64,000 nt of DNA from Eledone cirrhosa (Eukaryota), in NCBI GenBank assembly GCA_964016885.1, contig OZ024743.1:188046001-188110000 (forward strand), in the 5' to 3' direction. The notes beneath the pieces are model-generated. The model saw nothing but the letters and a program-made list of their open reading frames with translations, did not search any database and had not been told where the DNA came from. Position numbers and translations under genes: made by a program. Positions 13,127-25,529 of this stretch are shown here, one piece after another; within the stretch, counting starts at the first letter, position 1, and every line of letters starts with the position of its first letter.

Positions 13127-14341
13127 TGAAATTAACCTGTCTAAGACTAAAGTTCTAGTTTGTAGGAAGGGAAGTAGGGCACTGGTCCCATCCGGGAAAT
13201 GGCGATGCTCAGTGTGTAGGAATGGAGTAGGTAGAAACTCCATTTTATGTCCCAAATGCAAAGTATGGGTGCATAAAAGATGTAGTGGGATCACAGGTAA
13301 GCTAACTAAGAATATAGATTTTATATGTGGCCGGTGCTCTGGTGCAATAAGTAGTAGCAAGTGCCCACAGAATATTATCTCATTCCATTGCACAGATGGT
13401 TCTATAGAAATAGTGGACACCTTCCGTTACCTGGGTGACAAAATCAGCAGTGGGGGAGGGTGCTCTGAAAGTACAGTAGTTAGAATCAGAACTGGATGGA
13501 AAAAGTTCAGAGAGCTTATACCACTATTAGCCGCTAAAGGGTTCTCTCTAAAAATGAAAGGCAGGTTGTATGATGCCTGCATACGAATCGCAATGTTGCA
13601 TGGCAGTGAGACCTGGGCATTGTGTGCAGAGGATATACGCAGACTGGAGAGGAACGAAGCTTGCATGCTCCGCTGGATGTGTAACAGTAATATACGTGAA
13701 TGGCAAAGCATAAACGAACTAAGGGAAAAATTAGAAATAAGAGGGATCAAGACTACGTTGGTATGGTCACGTGATACGCATGAAAGACGACAGCTGTATA
13801 AAAAGTGCAGGGCAATAAAGATAGACGGTAGCCACAGAGTAGGTAGACCCAGAAAAACCTGGGGCGACTTGATAAATTCCGAACTCACACAGTTACACCT
13901 CTCCAAGACAATGTCACTGGACCGAGATCTTTGGCGCTACACAGTAATAGAGAAGACCCGCCTTACCTAAGTACAAAGTGAAACCTACTACAGTCAGTAG
14001 GCACCTCTAACAAAATACACCCCTGTCCAACCACCCCCACCCCATCCACACCACCCCTTTCAATGTAAAGTTATGTTGATACCACAACATACAGTCCGAA
14101 ACAAAGGAGGTCGTGTAGGTGTCACGACACAAAAAAAACACAGTCCACGCTGTAATGTGGCCGTGTAGGTAACATGGTAAAAACCTCCCAGCCCTACACT
14201 GTAAACGTGAATGGTGTTAGGAAGGGCATCCAGCCATAGAAAACCCGCCAGACAGTCCTATGCAAGCAAGACAACCACTCTTTCCTCAAGTGGGAAAACT
14301 CCCGTCCAAACCCATGCAAGCGTGGAAGATGGACGTTAAGC

Positions 14342-14386
<45 letters not shown>
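13127..14386 (+). mobile_element. 5'-truncated RTE LINE (RT C-terminal part with PHD-like insert), (GAT)n tail
   Basis: INLSKTKVL, EIVDTFRYLG, MLHGSETW, GRPRKTW. Near-identical to 46277-47535. Confidence 0.92.
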
Positions 14387-14387
<1 letters not shown>

Positions 14388-14399
14388 AGGGCAACTCAA

Positions 14400-14856
14400 G
14401 AATCTTCCCCACCTCACGCAAGTTCCTAACCCACTCCTTAAAGTAGTCACTCTGGAGCCACAACAAAAGTGCCAAGCCCATACTATAAAGTGGTCATGTA
14501 GGTGTCACAACAAAATCGCCCAGTACACACTGGAAAGTGGTTGTGTAGGTCTCACGACAAAAAGCGCCCACTCCAAACTGTAGAGTGGTCATGTAGGAGT
14601 CATGACAAAAGCTCCCAGTCTGCACTGTAAAGTGGTTATGTTAGAGACATGACAGAAAGTGCCCAGCCCACACTAAAATGGTTGTGTAGGTGTCACGATA
14701 AAAAACATTCAGCACACATTGTAAATGTGGTTGGTATTAGGAAGGGCATCCAGCCATAGAAACCAAGCCCAAATCTGACCTGATCTCCCAGAAAGGGACA
14801 GCCCATCCTACCCAATGCTAGCATGGTAAATGGACATTAAATGGTGATGATGATGA
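14400..14856 (+). repeat. RTE 3'UTR/SINE-tail derivative with ~48-bp diverged tandem units
   Basis: Repeated ctgtaaagtggtcatgtaggtgtcacgacaaaa-like units, then aggaagggcatccagccatagaaa...atgatgat. Similar arrays at ~23700-23900 and ~57590-57850. Confidence 0.7.
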
Positions 14857-15646
14857 TTCAAGGGATGCAAAAAGATGCAATGATATTTCTGACAGACTGA
14901 TAGAAAATCAGATCTTCAGATATGCAGTAACTATCATTAATTACAACCATAAAAATGAAGATGGCTCACTTGATGGTCTGACCTGCCTCCTAAGTAAGCT
15001 AATTATTGTTAAAGGTGGTTTCAAATATGTTGAGAGAATTGTGGACAAAATTCATGAAAAGGTTATTGGTATTGGCAATGTATAGTTTCTCTTCTGAAGA
15101 AAAATAATCACATATTAATGCATATTAGTAAAGAGCATGGCACTGCATATGGGTGCAGGTATGATTTGTATGGTTAAGAAGTATGTTTCACAATCATATG
15201 ATAGTGGATTTATTTCCCTTTGCCGCACTTTTAACAAATGTATTTTATATCAGTGAGTTGCTCAATACATTGTAAATGGAATTTTCAATATGAAAACATT
15301 GTAGTAGTCTATCACATATTTATGTGTGTGTGTGTGTGTATGGGATGTGTGTGTGTGCATATGTGCATGTGTGTGTTTGTTAGTGTGGGTGTATGTATGC
15401 ATGTGTGGGTGTATGTATGTATGTGAATGTGCGTGTATACATGGGTATGTGCGTGTGTGTGTGTGTGTGTCAATGTGCCTGTACATGTCTATGTTTCACT
15501 GTGAAATGGGCCATAGGAGAACACTCGCAGAAATGGTGAAGGGTTAAGCAATGGGCTAAGCTATCTTTTTTCATAGAAAAATTGATATCCTACTGGAAGT
15601 GTACAAGAATGAGCTAACGTGTAACACAGAATAGAATGGAAATAAT

Positions 15647-15827
15647 TGTTTCTACTGTTGGCACAAGGCCAGCAATCACCCAGTACATTACTGGTACTTT
15701 ATTTTATCGACCCCGTAAGGATGAAAGGCAAAGTTAACCTCGGTGGGATTTGAACTCAGACCGTAAAGGGACGTAGCTATGGTGGAAAGCATGACGTCCA
15801 ACCCTCTACCGATACTGCCAATTCACC
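15647..15827 (-). mobile_element. tRNA-derived SINE (family S1) with 22-bp TSD
   Basis: A box TGGCAGTATCGG, B box GAGTTCAAATCC, core actttgcctttcatcc...gataaaataaagtaccag. TSD cacagaatagaatggaaataat at 15625-15646 and 15828-15849. Confidence 0.9.
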
Positions 15828-16194
15828 CACAGAATAGAATGGAAATAATGAAAGCAGTAAAGAACAGTTGATTATATTAATTCTAGTACGTGAATAGATA
15901 GATGAAAAACTAAGTTGACTACAGCATGATTTGAACTTAGAAGGATTTAAACACATATTAAGAAATATTTCTAATTTAGGCTCTTGGCCAACAATTTTTG
16001 GCAAAGAGCAAAATCGATTACTCCAATCCTAGTACTTTATTGGTGTTTTGTGTTATTAACCTTGAAAGGATGAAATGTGAAGTTGGTCCCAGCAAGATTT
16101 GAAATCAGAACATAAAGAACCAGAACAAATACAGCCCTCTGATAACTCAAGCTATCCACTCCCCTTGAAATTGATAATAATAATGATAATAATA

Positions 16195-16335
16195 ATTTCT
16201 ACTTTTGGCACAAGGCGAGCGATTACCCCAGTGCACCACTGGTACTTTATTTTATCGACCACGTAAGGATGAAAGGCAAAGTTAACCTCAGCAGATTTTA
16301 ACTCAGAACGCAAAGGGCCATAACTATGCTGCAAA
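16195..16335 (-). mobile_element. SINE S1, 5'-truncated
   Basis: Same consensus, with (TAA)n tail. Confidence 0.85.
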
Positions 16336-17024
16336 GCAGAATAATATTTTATTGGTCATTCGGGCCAAGAAAGGGGACAATACAAATGAACAAGGATAGT
16401 GTGCATTTACATAATTAATTGTGTAAACAAAGCAAACAGGTGACAAAAATAATAAATTAGTTTGGGATTCCACCCTAATCTCCAAGAGCAGCCCAGAACG
16501 GTGCATCTCTCCTCTCAGAACTCCTATAGATGCATTCACTTGGACTTACATTATTATGTTTACCTACCTTTTAACAAATGAACTAGGAGATGACACTCCC
16601 CACTTCACTCTCACCTTCATTTCCAAGTGGAACATGCAAAGGTTGGTGAGGGCTTGGTTGGAAAGGAAATTGCCTGTCATCAGTCATTTCAGTCGTGTCC
16701 ACCATACAAGCTCTTTTGCTAAAGCCACCAGACAGAGGAAAATTGTGTCCTTCCCAGCTAAAAGAAGATGGCAGGACGATCTTCATGAGAGATTTAGCCA
16801 ATAGCCAGATTTGTCCTACATGAAACAAGTGCTGTTTGATAAAACTTTACAAGTCAGCAATGCACAGACGCTAGATGAATTCATAAAAAACCATTTTGTC
16901 ACTCTGCACTCATCTTGGATAGGTCTGTTTAACAGCACTTCTGTGCCTGTAAAGTTTATTTCGAACTGGCAATGTTCCCCTGTAGTATGGTATGGAATTT
17001 CTGGAAATTATCCATAGGCATTCA

Positions 17025-18135
17025 TTAGATCCTTCTGTGATGAAGTTACTGCAGCATTAGATGTAATTAATTCTGAGTCATATATCCTGATTGATGACTT
17101 CAATGTACATGTTGGCACAGACCACCTGACATAGAAAGGAGTGATTGGAAGGAATGGTGACCCTGAACTAAATATGAATGGACAGGCCTAATTAGACTTC
17201 TGTTCTAGCATGGACTCTCTTCTATGAACATCTTCCAGCACAGAAACACCCATAAATATACATGGTATAAGAGGATTCAGGGATATAGATCAATTATCAA
17301 TTTTGTTATTGTCTCTGATCTCTTCAATTCTGTAATGGATGTTCATGTTAAGAGAGGGGCTGAGCGGTCAACTGATCACCATCTAGTTATCAGCAACATG
17401 ATACTACCTAAAGCCAAAGAAGCCCACAAAATTGGCAGATCCAGGGTGACCTACAGGATAAATTGGGAAGCGCTGGTGGATAAGGAAGTCAGGAGCAGGT
17501 ATGCATCCAAATGCAGAGAACTCCCTGTGCAAACTGAGGGTGTTGAAATGGACAGGAGATTATTCAGCTCAGTAGTTTCTGCATCAACTGTTAAAAGTTG
17601 CAAGCATAAGAGGCTAGGTGCTGCAGGAGGACCCCTTGGTTAAATAAAGAGGTAAAATGCCATCTGAGCAAAGGAGGCCTACAAGGCTTGACTTTGAAAT
17701 AAGTCCTCCTTCTTGCACTTGCAGTAAAGGCAGGTTCAAAGAATCACAGCAGAGACAGTAAAGGTGTCCAAAGTTAAAACATTGGAAGATTTGGGGGTTA
17801 AGCTGGAATTCAACTTCAGATAGGCAAATAATGCGTTCTGGCAGACCATCTGCCGACTTTGCAATAAGAAGTTCTCCAAACATGCTATCAGGAATGCATC
17901 TGGGGTTCTTCTCTCTTTAGAGAGGTGCACCTTCGTGGGATGGAGAGAATACTTTTCTGATCTCCTAAACCTGATCACAACAGCATCTTCTGATGTACAG
18001 CAGTGACAAATCTCTCAGAGGCAGAGGTCACAAGAGCAGTTAAGGAGTTGAGATATGGCAATCCGCTAGGGAAGTTGAAATCTGACTGGAGACGTTAAAA
18101 GCCTTAAATGAAGGTATTCTCTAGCTGACTCACAG
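17025..18135 (+). mobile_element. Decayed RTE (Rex3/Expander-like) LINE fragment: APE endonuclease and linker
   Basis: MNIFQHRNTHKYTW...RSIINFVIVSDL...VKRGAERSTDHHL, WREYF. Paralogous to 59870-60925. Confidence 0.85.
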
Positions 18136-18705
18136 TGTGTTGTTGTTGTATGTCAGGCATTTTCTCCTTCAATGCTGTTGGTCTGATTCACTACCTCTAG
18201 GCATTTTGTGTTTGTGGAGACACATTTATATATTCAATTTTTTTTGTGTTTTTGCTAACAACTTGGGTTGAATGGCTAGTCAGTCCATTCGATGATGGAT
18301 GGTAAGGTTGGGCTTGGCAGGATTTGAAACCACAATAAAAAGGGCAGTAACTAAATACCAGAGGAAAGTTTTTCGACAACACTCCAATAAATCTTCGAAT
18401 ATATAATATGTCTTCATATGTATATTTAGATGAGAAAATTTGAAGACTTTGACATAACTGTCAGACAATAGTTGCCTCTGTCAGCTCAAGCATAATTTGG
18501 TTTAAAAAATATTATAATCAATAAAATAAACTAGGATTGATTCATAAAGAATGAGTCGTGCCCTAAACTATGATTTATAGAATAATTTAATATATTAACT
18601 TATAAATACACAGGGATAAATTAATGTACAAATCTATGGTTTATGCATGTATATGTATATATATATATGTGGATATGTATGTATTTATATATATATATAT
18701 ATATA

Positions 18706-18786
18706 TAACGAACGAGTTGTGGTAAGGAACCAGATGGACCATAACGCACCAGAGTACTCAATACTTAGGGTAGTAGAGTGGGTAAT
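18706..18786 (-). mobile_element. Short terminal-repeat fragment of the second PLE within (TA)n
   Basis: Matches 61754-61836 and 63621-63703. Confidence 0.88.
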
Positions 18787-18842
18787 ATATATATATAGCA
18801 AACCGTGTCACTCTTCTTTCTTGATATATATATATATATATA

Positions 18843-18870
<28 letters not shown>

Positions 18871-18877
<7 letters not shown>

Positions 18878-19430
18878 GTTTGAATATGTATAATAAAGCC
18901 AAAACAATGCAGGTATGGACATAGAAAAAAGAATGCAATTGCAAAAGATATTGTTGACAATTCGTCTTTTACCTTAGATTTATTTAAATGTCCTTAATTT
19001 TCGACATAATATCTCTTCTTCAGAGGGGAATAAACGTCTCAAACCAGCGTTCTAAATATCTTGCCAAGCCATGCTGACAGGAAATAGTATAGAGTATCTG
19101 TTCTATCTCTAATGTCAAAGAGTTCAAATTAGGTGGATAAAGAGTAGTCTCCCTTTAAAAGGGGTTTGTTTAGGTTTTTTTTTTATATACATGCCTGTTT
19201 AAGTGTGTGGGAGAATGCATGAAGGTGTAAGTATGTGAGTGTGTGTGTGTGAGTGTGAGAAGATAAGTCTATTCGTAAATCTAAGGTAAAAGACGAATTG
19301 TCAACAATATCTTTTGCAATTGCATTCTTTTTTCTATGTCCATACCTGCATTGTTTTGGCTTTATTATACATATTCAAACGTTTATACCTCATTACACAA
19401 TGCTTCAAGTGAACTATAACCTCCTCCATA
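18871..19430 (-). mobile_element. Fold-back element family B with perfect 112-bp inverted repeats and a hammerhead motif, in (TA)n
   Basis: 18871-18982 is the exact reverse complement of 19276-19387. (TA)n on both sides. Confidence 0.85.
18992..19026 (-). ncRNA. Minimal type I hammerhead ribozyme motif
   Basis: Minus strand CCT-CTGAAGA-A-GAGAT-ATT-ATGTC-GAAA-ATT-A-AGG: intact core, helix II with one mismatch, AATT palindromic helix III, 3-bp helix I. Confidence 0.65.
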
Positions 19431-19472
19431 TATATATATATATATATATATAAATATATATATATACATATA

Positions 19473-20068
19473 TATACATGAGAAGAATGGAGTGCTGCAT
19501 GGTTGCACATGGGTTACATATGAACAAAATTAGTCCTTCATCAATGATTTTCCAACCTTCATTGGTATTTCATCGCTTTAAAAATCATAGACCTCTAGTT
19601 GGTACGAGCAATACTGTTTCTTTCTTACTGCTTCCCCCCCTCCTCTCTCTGTATCTCTCACCTTCTTTTATCCCCTCTGTCAGTCACACTCTCTCTCGAC
19701 TGGCCTCTTCCTCACATCTCCACTCACTCACTCTCTGCTTCTCCCCCTCTCTCACTTCCTCCCGTTTGACCTGTGTGAAATACTTTTCTCGCTCACATCT
19801 CACCCATGTTGGATGGTCTGTATATCTCTCTCGTCTATGAATTCACCAAGCTTAAGCTTACAGATATCATGGACTTGTTTCTTACTATCTTTCTGTTGCA
19901 ATACCTTCTTTGTTTGTTTACATGTATTGCTCGCTTCACGCTATATTACTTGTCCCAATAGCTTTATTTAGCTATTGCTCGCACCAACTAGAGGTATATG
20001 ATTTTTAAAGCGATGAAATACCAATGAAGGTTGGAAAATCACTGATGAAGGACTAATTTTATTCATAT
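19473..20068 (+). mobile_element. Fold-back element family A copy 2, in (TA)n
   Basis: 19518-19613 is an inverted copy of 19973-20068. The body matches the reverse complement of 3206-3641. Confidence 0.85.
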
Positions 20069-20964
20069 ATATATACATATATATACATATATATATATCT
20101 CTATGTGTGTGTATATATGTGTATATATACATACATCCTATCTACCTCTCTCACTCCCTCTCTCTCTCTATATATATATGTGTGTGTGTGTGTGTAGGTG
20201 TATGCGTGTGTGGATAGAAATATTTTTACAACTGTATTCTAGACTTGTTATGCTGCACACTCATTCACATTCACACATACATACAGTCAGACATAGGCAT
20301 ACTTCTATACCTAAGGAAAAACACATACAATTCTTTATATTATTTCTACATTTTTATAGTTAATCTTGCTTTCTTTTTTTAGAATTGACAATTTTATAGA
20401 AAAGAAAAGTGAAGAGGAATAATAAAATAAAATAAAACAAAAAGGTAATGAATGAATAAATTTGGAAACACACCATGAATTTACAATTTTACAAGTATTT
20501 AAGCACACAAGATGATTTTTTTTTTTTTTTGCTATTCACTGAACTGAAAAAGATTATTGATGTAAAATATTATCAATGGAAAGATTTTCATTTTTATTTA
20601 AAATATTTTTGCTTACTTTTCTTTTTATTGTATTATTATATATTATTCTTAAAGCTCTGAATCTCTTCCTACAATTGTGGTAAGATGAGAGAACAATATA
20701 GAGCTACAGAATGTTATTTTCTAATTCAAGTTATCACACATCATATTGGATAAAAATTTTCACGAACAGTTGATAATACAGCAATTTAAAATAAAATCTC
20801 TTGAATAACCTTCTTTTTGTATATTTTTTTAGCCATTCCTAGCAGGTGTTTCCGAGTATTGAAACCCAAATCACAATATAGACCTGATGTTACACTAAAA
20901 CCCAAACATAAGTAAATAATAATAATAATATTTATAACAACAACAATAATAATAATAATAATAA

Positions 20965-21127
20965 TTGTTTCTACTTTTGGCACAAGGCCAGCAATTACCC
21001 TAGTGTATTACTGGTACTTTATTTTATCGACCCCATAAGGATGAAAGGCAAAATTAACCTCGGCGGGATTTGAACTCAGACCATAAAGGGCCGTAACTCT
21101 TTGCTGCTATCGATACTGCCAATCCAC
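20965..21127 (-). mobile_element. SINE S1 within (AAT)n
   Basis: Same consensus with a small internal deletion. Confidence 0.88.
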
Positions 21128-21168
21128 AATAATAATAATAATAATAATAATAAAAATAATAATAATAA

Positions 21169-23342
21169 TGGTGTGCAGGAATTAAAAATATAACATCCCT
21201 CCACCCGAAACTGACAACCATGTTCAATGACTGCTTGATGTCAGGTGAGGTACCAGAGTAGTTGACAAAAGATACCACAGTTCTGGTAATGAAAGACCGA
21301 ATCAAAGGTAATGATGTTACCAACTATAGACCTATCACATGTCTGTCCGTAATGTGGAACCTGTTGACAAGCATTATGTCTGAGGAAATCTACCATCACC
21401 TCCACACAAACAACTTGCTACCGGACGAACAGAAAGGATGCCGAAAGAAGTCCCGTGGTACAAAGGACCAGTTACTTATTGATAAGATGGTAATGAGGAA
21501 TTGCAAGAGGAGGCACACTGGTCTTGCCATGTGATGGATAGATTACAAAAAGGCATTTGACATGTTACCTCATTCTTGGATCACCAAAAGCCTACAGATC
21601 TTCAAGGTGGCAGATAACATCAGACAGTTGTTGGGCAAAAGTATGAAGTCCTGGGAAACAGAGTTAACATCAGCTGGAGAATCCTTGGGAGGCGTGAAGA
21701 TCAAGAGAGGTATCTTACAGGGAGATAGTCTGTCCCCTCTGTTGTTTGTCCTTGCCCTGATGCCCTTACCATTATACTGCGAAAAGTGAGAGCATGATAC
21801 AAGTTGGGAAAGGGAGAGCTTACCATCAATAACCTCCTCTTCATGGACAATCTTAAGCTCTTCGGGAAGAGTGAGAAGGAGTTGGATGTGCTTGTTGACA
21901 CTGTCCGTATTTTCACCAATGATATATGTATGCAATTTGGTATTAGTAAGTGTGGAGTCCTTGTGATGAAGAGGGGTAAATTGAGGAGAAGCAACGGAAT
22001 CCAGGTACCAACAGGTGAGATGATAAAGGAAATTGACACTGAAGAAGTATACAAGTATTCGGGTGTTCTGGGGGCTGATGACATCAAGAACAAAAAACTG
22101 AAGGAATTGATAAGAACTGAATACATTCGGAGAGTAAGGAGCGTATTAAAGTCACATCTGAACAGTAGGAATGCCATAAATGCAGTAAATTCCCGAGCTG
22201 TGTCTATTATTAGGTACAGTGCGGGAATTCTGAGATGAAATGTTGCTGAACAAAAAGAAATGGATAGGAAGACTAGGAAGCTATTGACTATCTACAACAT
22301 GTTCCACAAGAGGAGTGATGTCGATAGACTCTACTTAAGGAGATCTGAAGGTGGAAGAGGTCTTATCAGCATAGAGGACTGTGTTCAGATGGAGAAAAAC
22401 AACCTACACAAATGCGTGACTGATAGTAAGGAGCCAATGCTCAGAACTGTACTGAAGGAGAGGGCAATAGACCAGGGGATGTCCAAGGAGGAAATAACAA
22501 CAAGGAGAAAGAGCAGCCTTCAGGAAAAATCCCTTCATAGTACCTTCTTTGAGAACACTGAATTCAGAGATCCACAGACATGGAACTGGTTGAAAAGAGG
22601 AGACCTTAAAAAGGCTACAGAAGGAATGTTAATGGCTGCGCAAGAGCAGGCCCTCAAAATGAAGTGGTTGAAACACCATATTTACAAGGAGGAGGCTAGC
22701 CCACTGTGCAGGATCTGTGGAGAGAGAGAGGAGACTGTGGCTCACATTGTATCCGAGTGTAAATACCTAGCCCAGACTCACTATAAGGGCTGGAGACATG
22801 ATGATCCACTGGCACCTATGCAAAATGAACAATTTACCACATTCTGAGAAGTGGTATGAGCATAAGCCAGAGTTGGTGATAGAAAACTATCAGGTGAAGG
22901 TGCTGTGGGATTTTAGGATACAGACGGACAAGAAACTGGAACACAATAGACCTGACCTGGTGGTTTTGGACAAAGAAAAAAGATTGTGCCTGATTGTAGA
23001 TGTTTGCCTGCCCATTCGACACGAGAGTGCAAGAGAAGGAGAAGGAGAAAATTAACCTATACCAGGGCTTAAAGTGGGAGGTAAAAAGGATTTGGAACTG
23101 CCATGAAGTCAAAGTGGTCCCGATTGTTATAGGCGCACTAGGTACTATCTCAAAAAGTTTCCAGGAATGGTTAAAGAAAATTGGCCCCTTCACGCTTTTT
23201 GGAACGCTTCAAAAGGCATGCTTGCTGGGAACAGCAAGAACCCTCCGATACGTCCTGAATATCTGAGGCTGCAGGTAGTGGCTTGATATTCATTTCAACA
23301 AACTTTCCAGTTAACTAACATCAATGACTGAGACTCAAGGAA
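21169..23342 (+). mobile_element. Dong/R4-clade non-LTR retrotransposon, 5'-truncated, in (TAA)n
   Basis: [46 protein letters not shown] finger CRICGEREETVAHIVSEC, restriction-like endonuclease RPDLVV...DV...K...Y, LQKACLLGT. (AAT)n on both flanks. Confidence 0.93.
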
Positions 23343-23369
23343 CAATAATAATAATAATGATAATGATAA

Positions 23370-23670
23370 AATATAGTGCAGTTGTAATAGAGTGGAGATA
23401 TGATGAACTTAAGGAGCTTGATAGAAACACCAGGAAAATGATGACACTACAAGGGGCTCTACACCCTAAATGTGACATGGCTGGTTATATCTATCACAAC
23501 AGAGGGAAAGAAGCGGTCTTATTAGCTGTGAAATGTGTGTGAAGTCAGAGGAAAATAATCTGGCATGGTATGTAAAGAATTCAAAGGAGAGGTTGATGGC
23601 AGGTGTAAGAAAGATAATGGCCCAAAACAGTGATGAAGCACAAGAAAAAAAACATCCAATACTCTCGGTA
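23370..23670 (+). mobile_element. Older Dong/R4 fragment
   Basis: IKYSAVVIEW..ELKELDRNTRKMMTLQGALHPKCD. Confidence 0.75.
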
Positions 23671-25529
23671 AAGTGAATGGAAGTAGGATGGCTTTTAGCT
23701 GTAGAAACCATGCCAAAAATGTTGATAGGAGCCTTCAGTCATGACACAACAACCTCTCTTGTGCTGGTACTATGAAAAATGCATCCAGTACACCTTGTAA
23801 AGTTGTTAGTGATAAGAAAGACACACTCTAGTTGTAGAAACTATGACAAGCAATGTGTTGTGACATGACAACATCCATTGTGATGGTGCCACAGTAATGT
23901 TCCCTGTGCACAGAGTGGGAACATATGTAAGCAAGATGCAGATCCTTCCCAATCTGTGGGGTTAACAGCTCTGATTAAGTACTGATTTGTTCTTTGACAA
24001 TCCAGTCAACCTTTGCTAGCAAGGAGAACAGACATTCACCCTTTATCATTTAAAGCAGCCATATCTGGTCAGAATTCTCTCACGTCTTTCTATTCAAACT
24101 AGTCGTTACTTGATATTCAACATTTTATAGATTGGATATTATGTGAGGTAAAGCTTTTACCTCAAAAATACAATAATATCATCATCATCATCATCATCAT
24201 ATGTAATGTAATGTAAATGCTAATGGGTTAAATAATGAGGATGAAGGACAAATCTCTCATCATACAAGCATAAGAATTCACCATCCAGGTAAGATCAGAG
24301 CATTTCTTGGATCTGACCACATTCTCTTTTGATTATTTTTGCAAATTTGGTTTTCTTAAATTGTTCCTGAGCAATATCAGTCTTAGCCAAACTGTGAAGA
24401 ACACATTTTCAGTGAGATTCATCAACCATTAGCTGACTCTTGATTTGGAATTTATCAATCATCTAGGATTGTATGCTACTCAAAATTTCATGGCATTCTC
24501 AATTAGTAGCATATTTGTTTTGTCATCTAATAGGTTTATTATAAGAATAAGTAAGCTTGGGCTCTCTTTTTAGATCACTATAAAATTTAAATACTCTGTA
24601 GTTGTTTGGCACTTCTTTGTGAGATTACTTTTAACTTACCACTCAAATTTCGTTTAGACACTCTTTTTTTTTAATCATTTGCTTACTAATTTTACACCAT
24701 TCTACAGTCTCAATTTCATCTCTATCTCTGCAAGATGTCATGGCAATACTGTTATTTATAGGACTTTGGTGCTGGTTGCTCTATGAACAAGAAGATTCAG
24801 TATACATTTATAGATAACCACAGAATTGTGATAAGTAGTACTTTATAAACAATTATCTTCAGCTTTGAGACTTTTTGATTTTTCTACTGCCTGCTTTCAT
24901 TTTTCTCTTTCTATTTCCTCTTCATCTGGACAGAAAGTCCATAAGTGGCCATTTACCGCTGGATATATATAGTAACTGAATCTTCTGCCTTGTACCATTA
25001 CTCTGATTGACCTTTCTTTGTTCCTTCAATGGGATACATTCTCATGATAGTTTTATTGTCTCTGGGAACAGGGGACGGTCATTAATACCTGGATTTCAAT
25101 ACAAACCACAGTGGACTATTACTTATTACTGGTCACCTCTAAATTTACTAAATGTCTATAGTGTTGCACAAGTGTGATGACTAGCCAAGAGTCAATGTCC
25201 ATTTCAATATATCTAGCCATGATCCTAATGTTATTGAAATATATATATTGTCAGCTGTCTGGGAAAAGATATACCAGCTCTACCTATCTCCTCATTTTGC
25301 CATTGATCTAAAAGAACATTTATACACCTCCATTTATCTTAGCTACACATTATCCAGATCCTCCTCTAATTCCTACTTCAAGACCATATGTAAGCTCACA
25401 CTGTTTTTTGAAAAATAGAGTTATGTCACCTACCACACCTCTTTCTTCATAGGTTTGTCATTTAATGAGACATTGTCATTTAATGTGATATATTTTATTT
25501 ACTTCAACTTTTTATTGGGCTGTTCTAAT

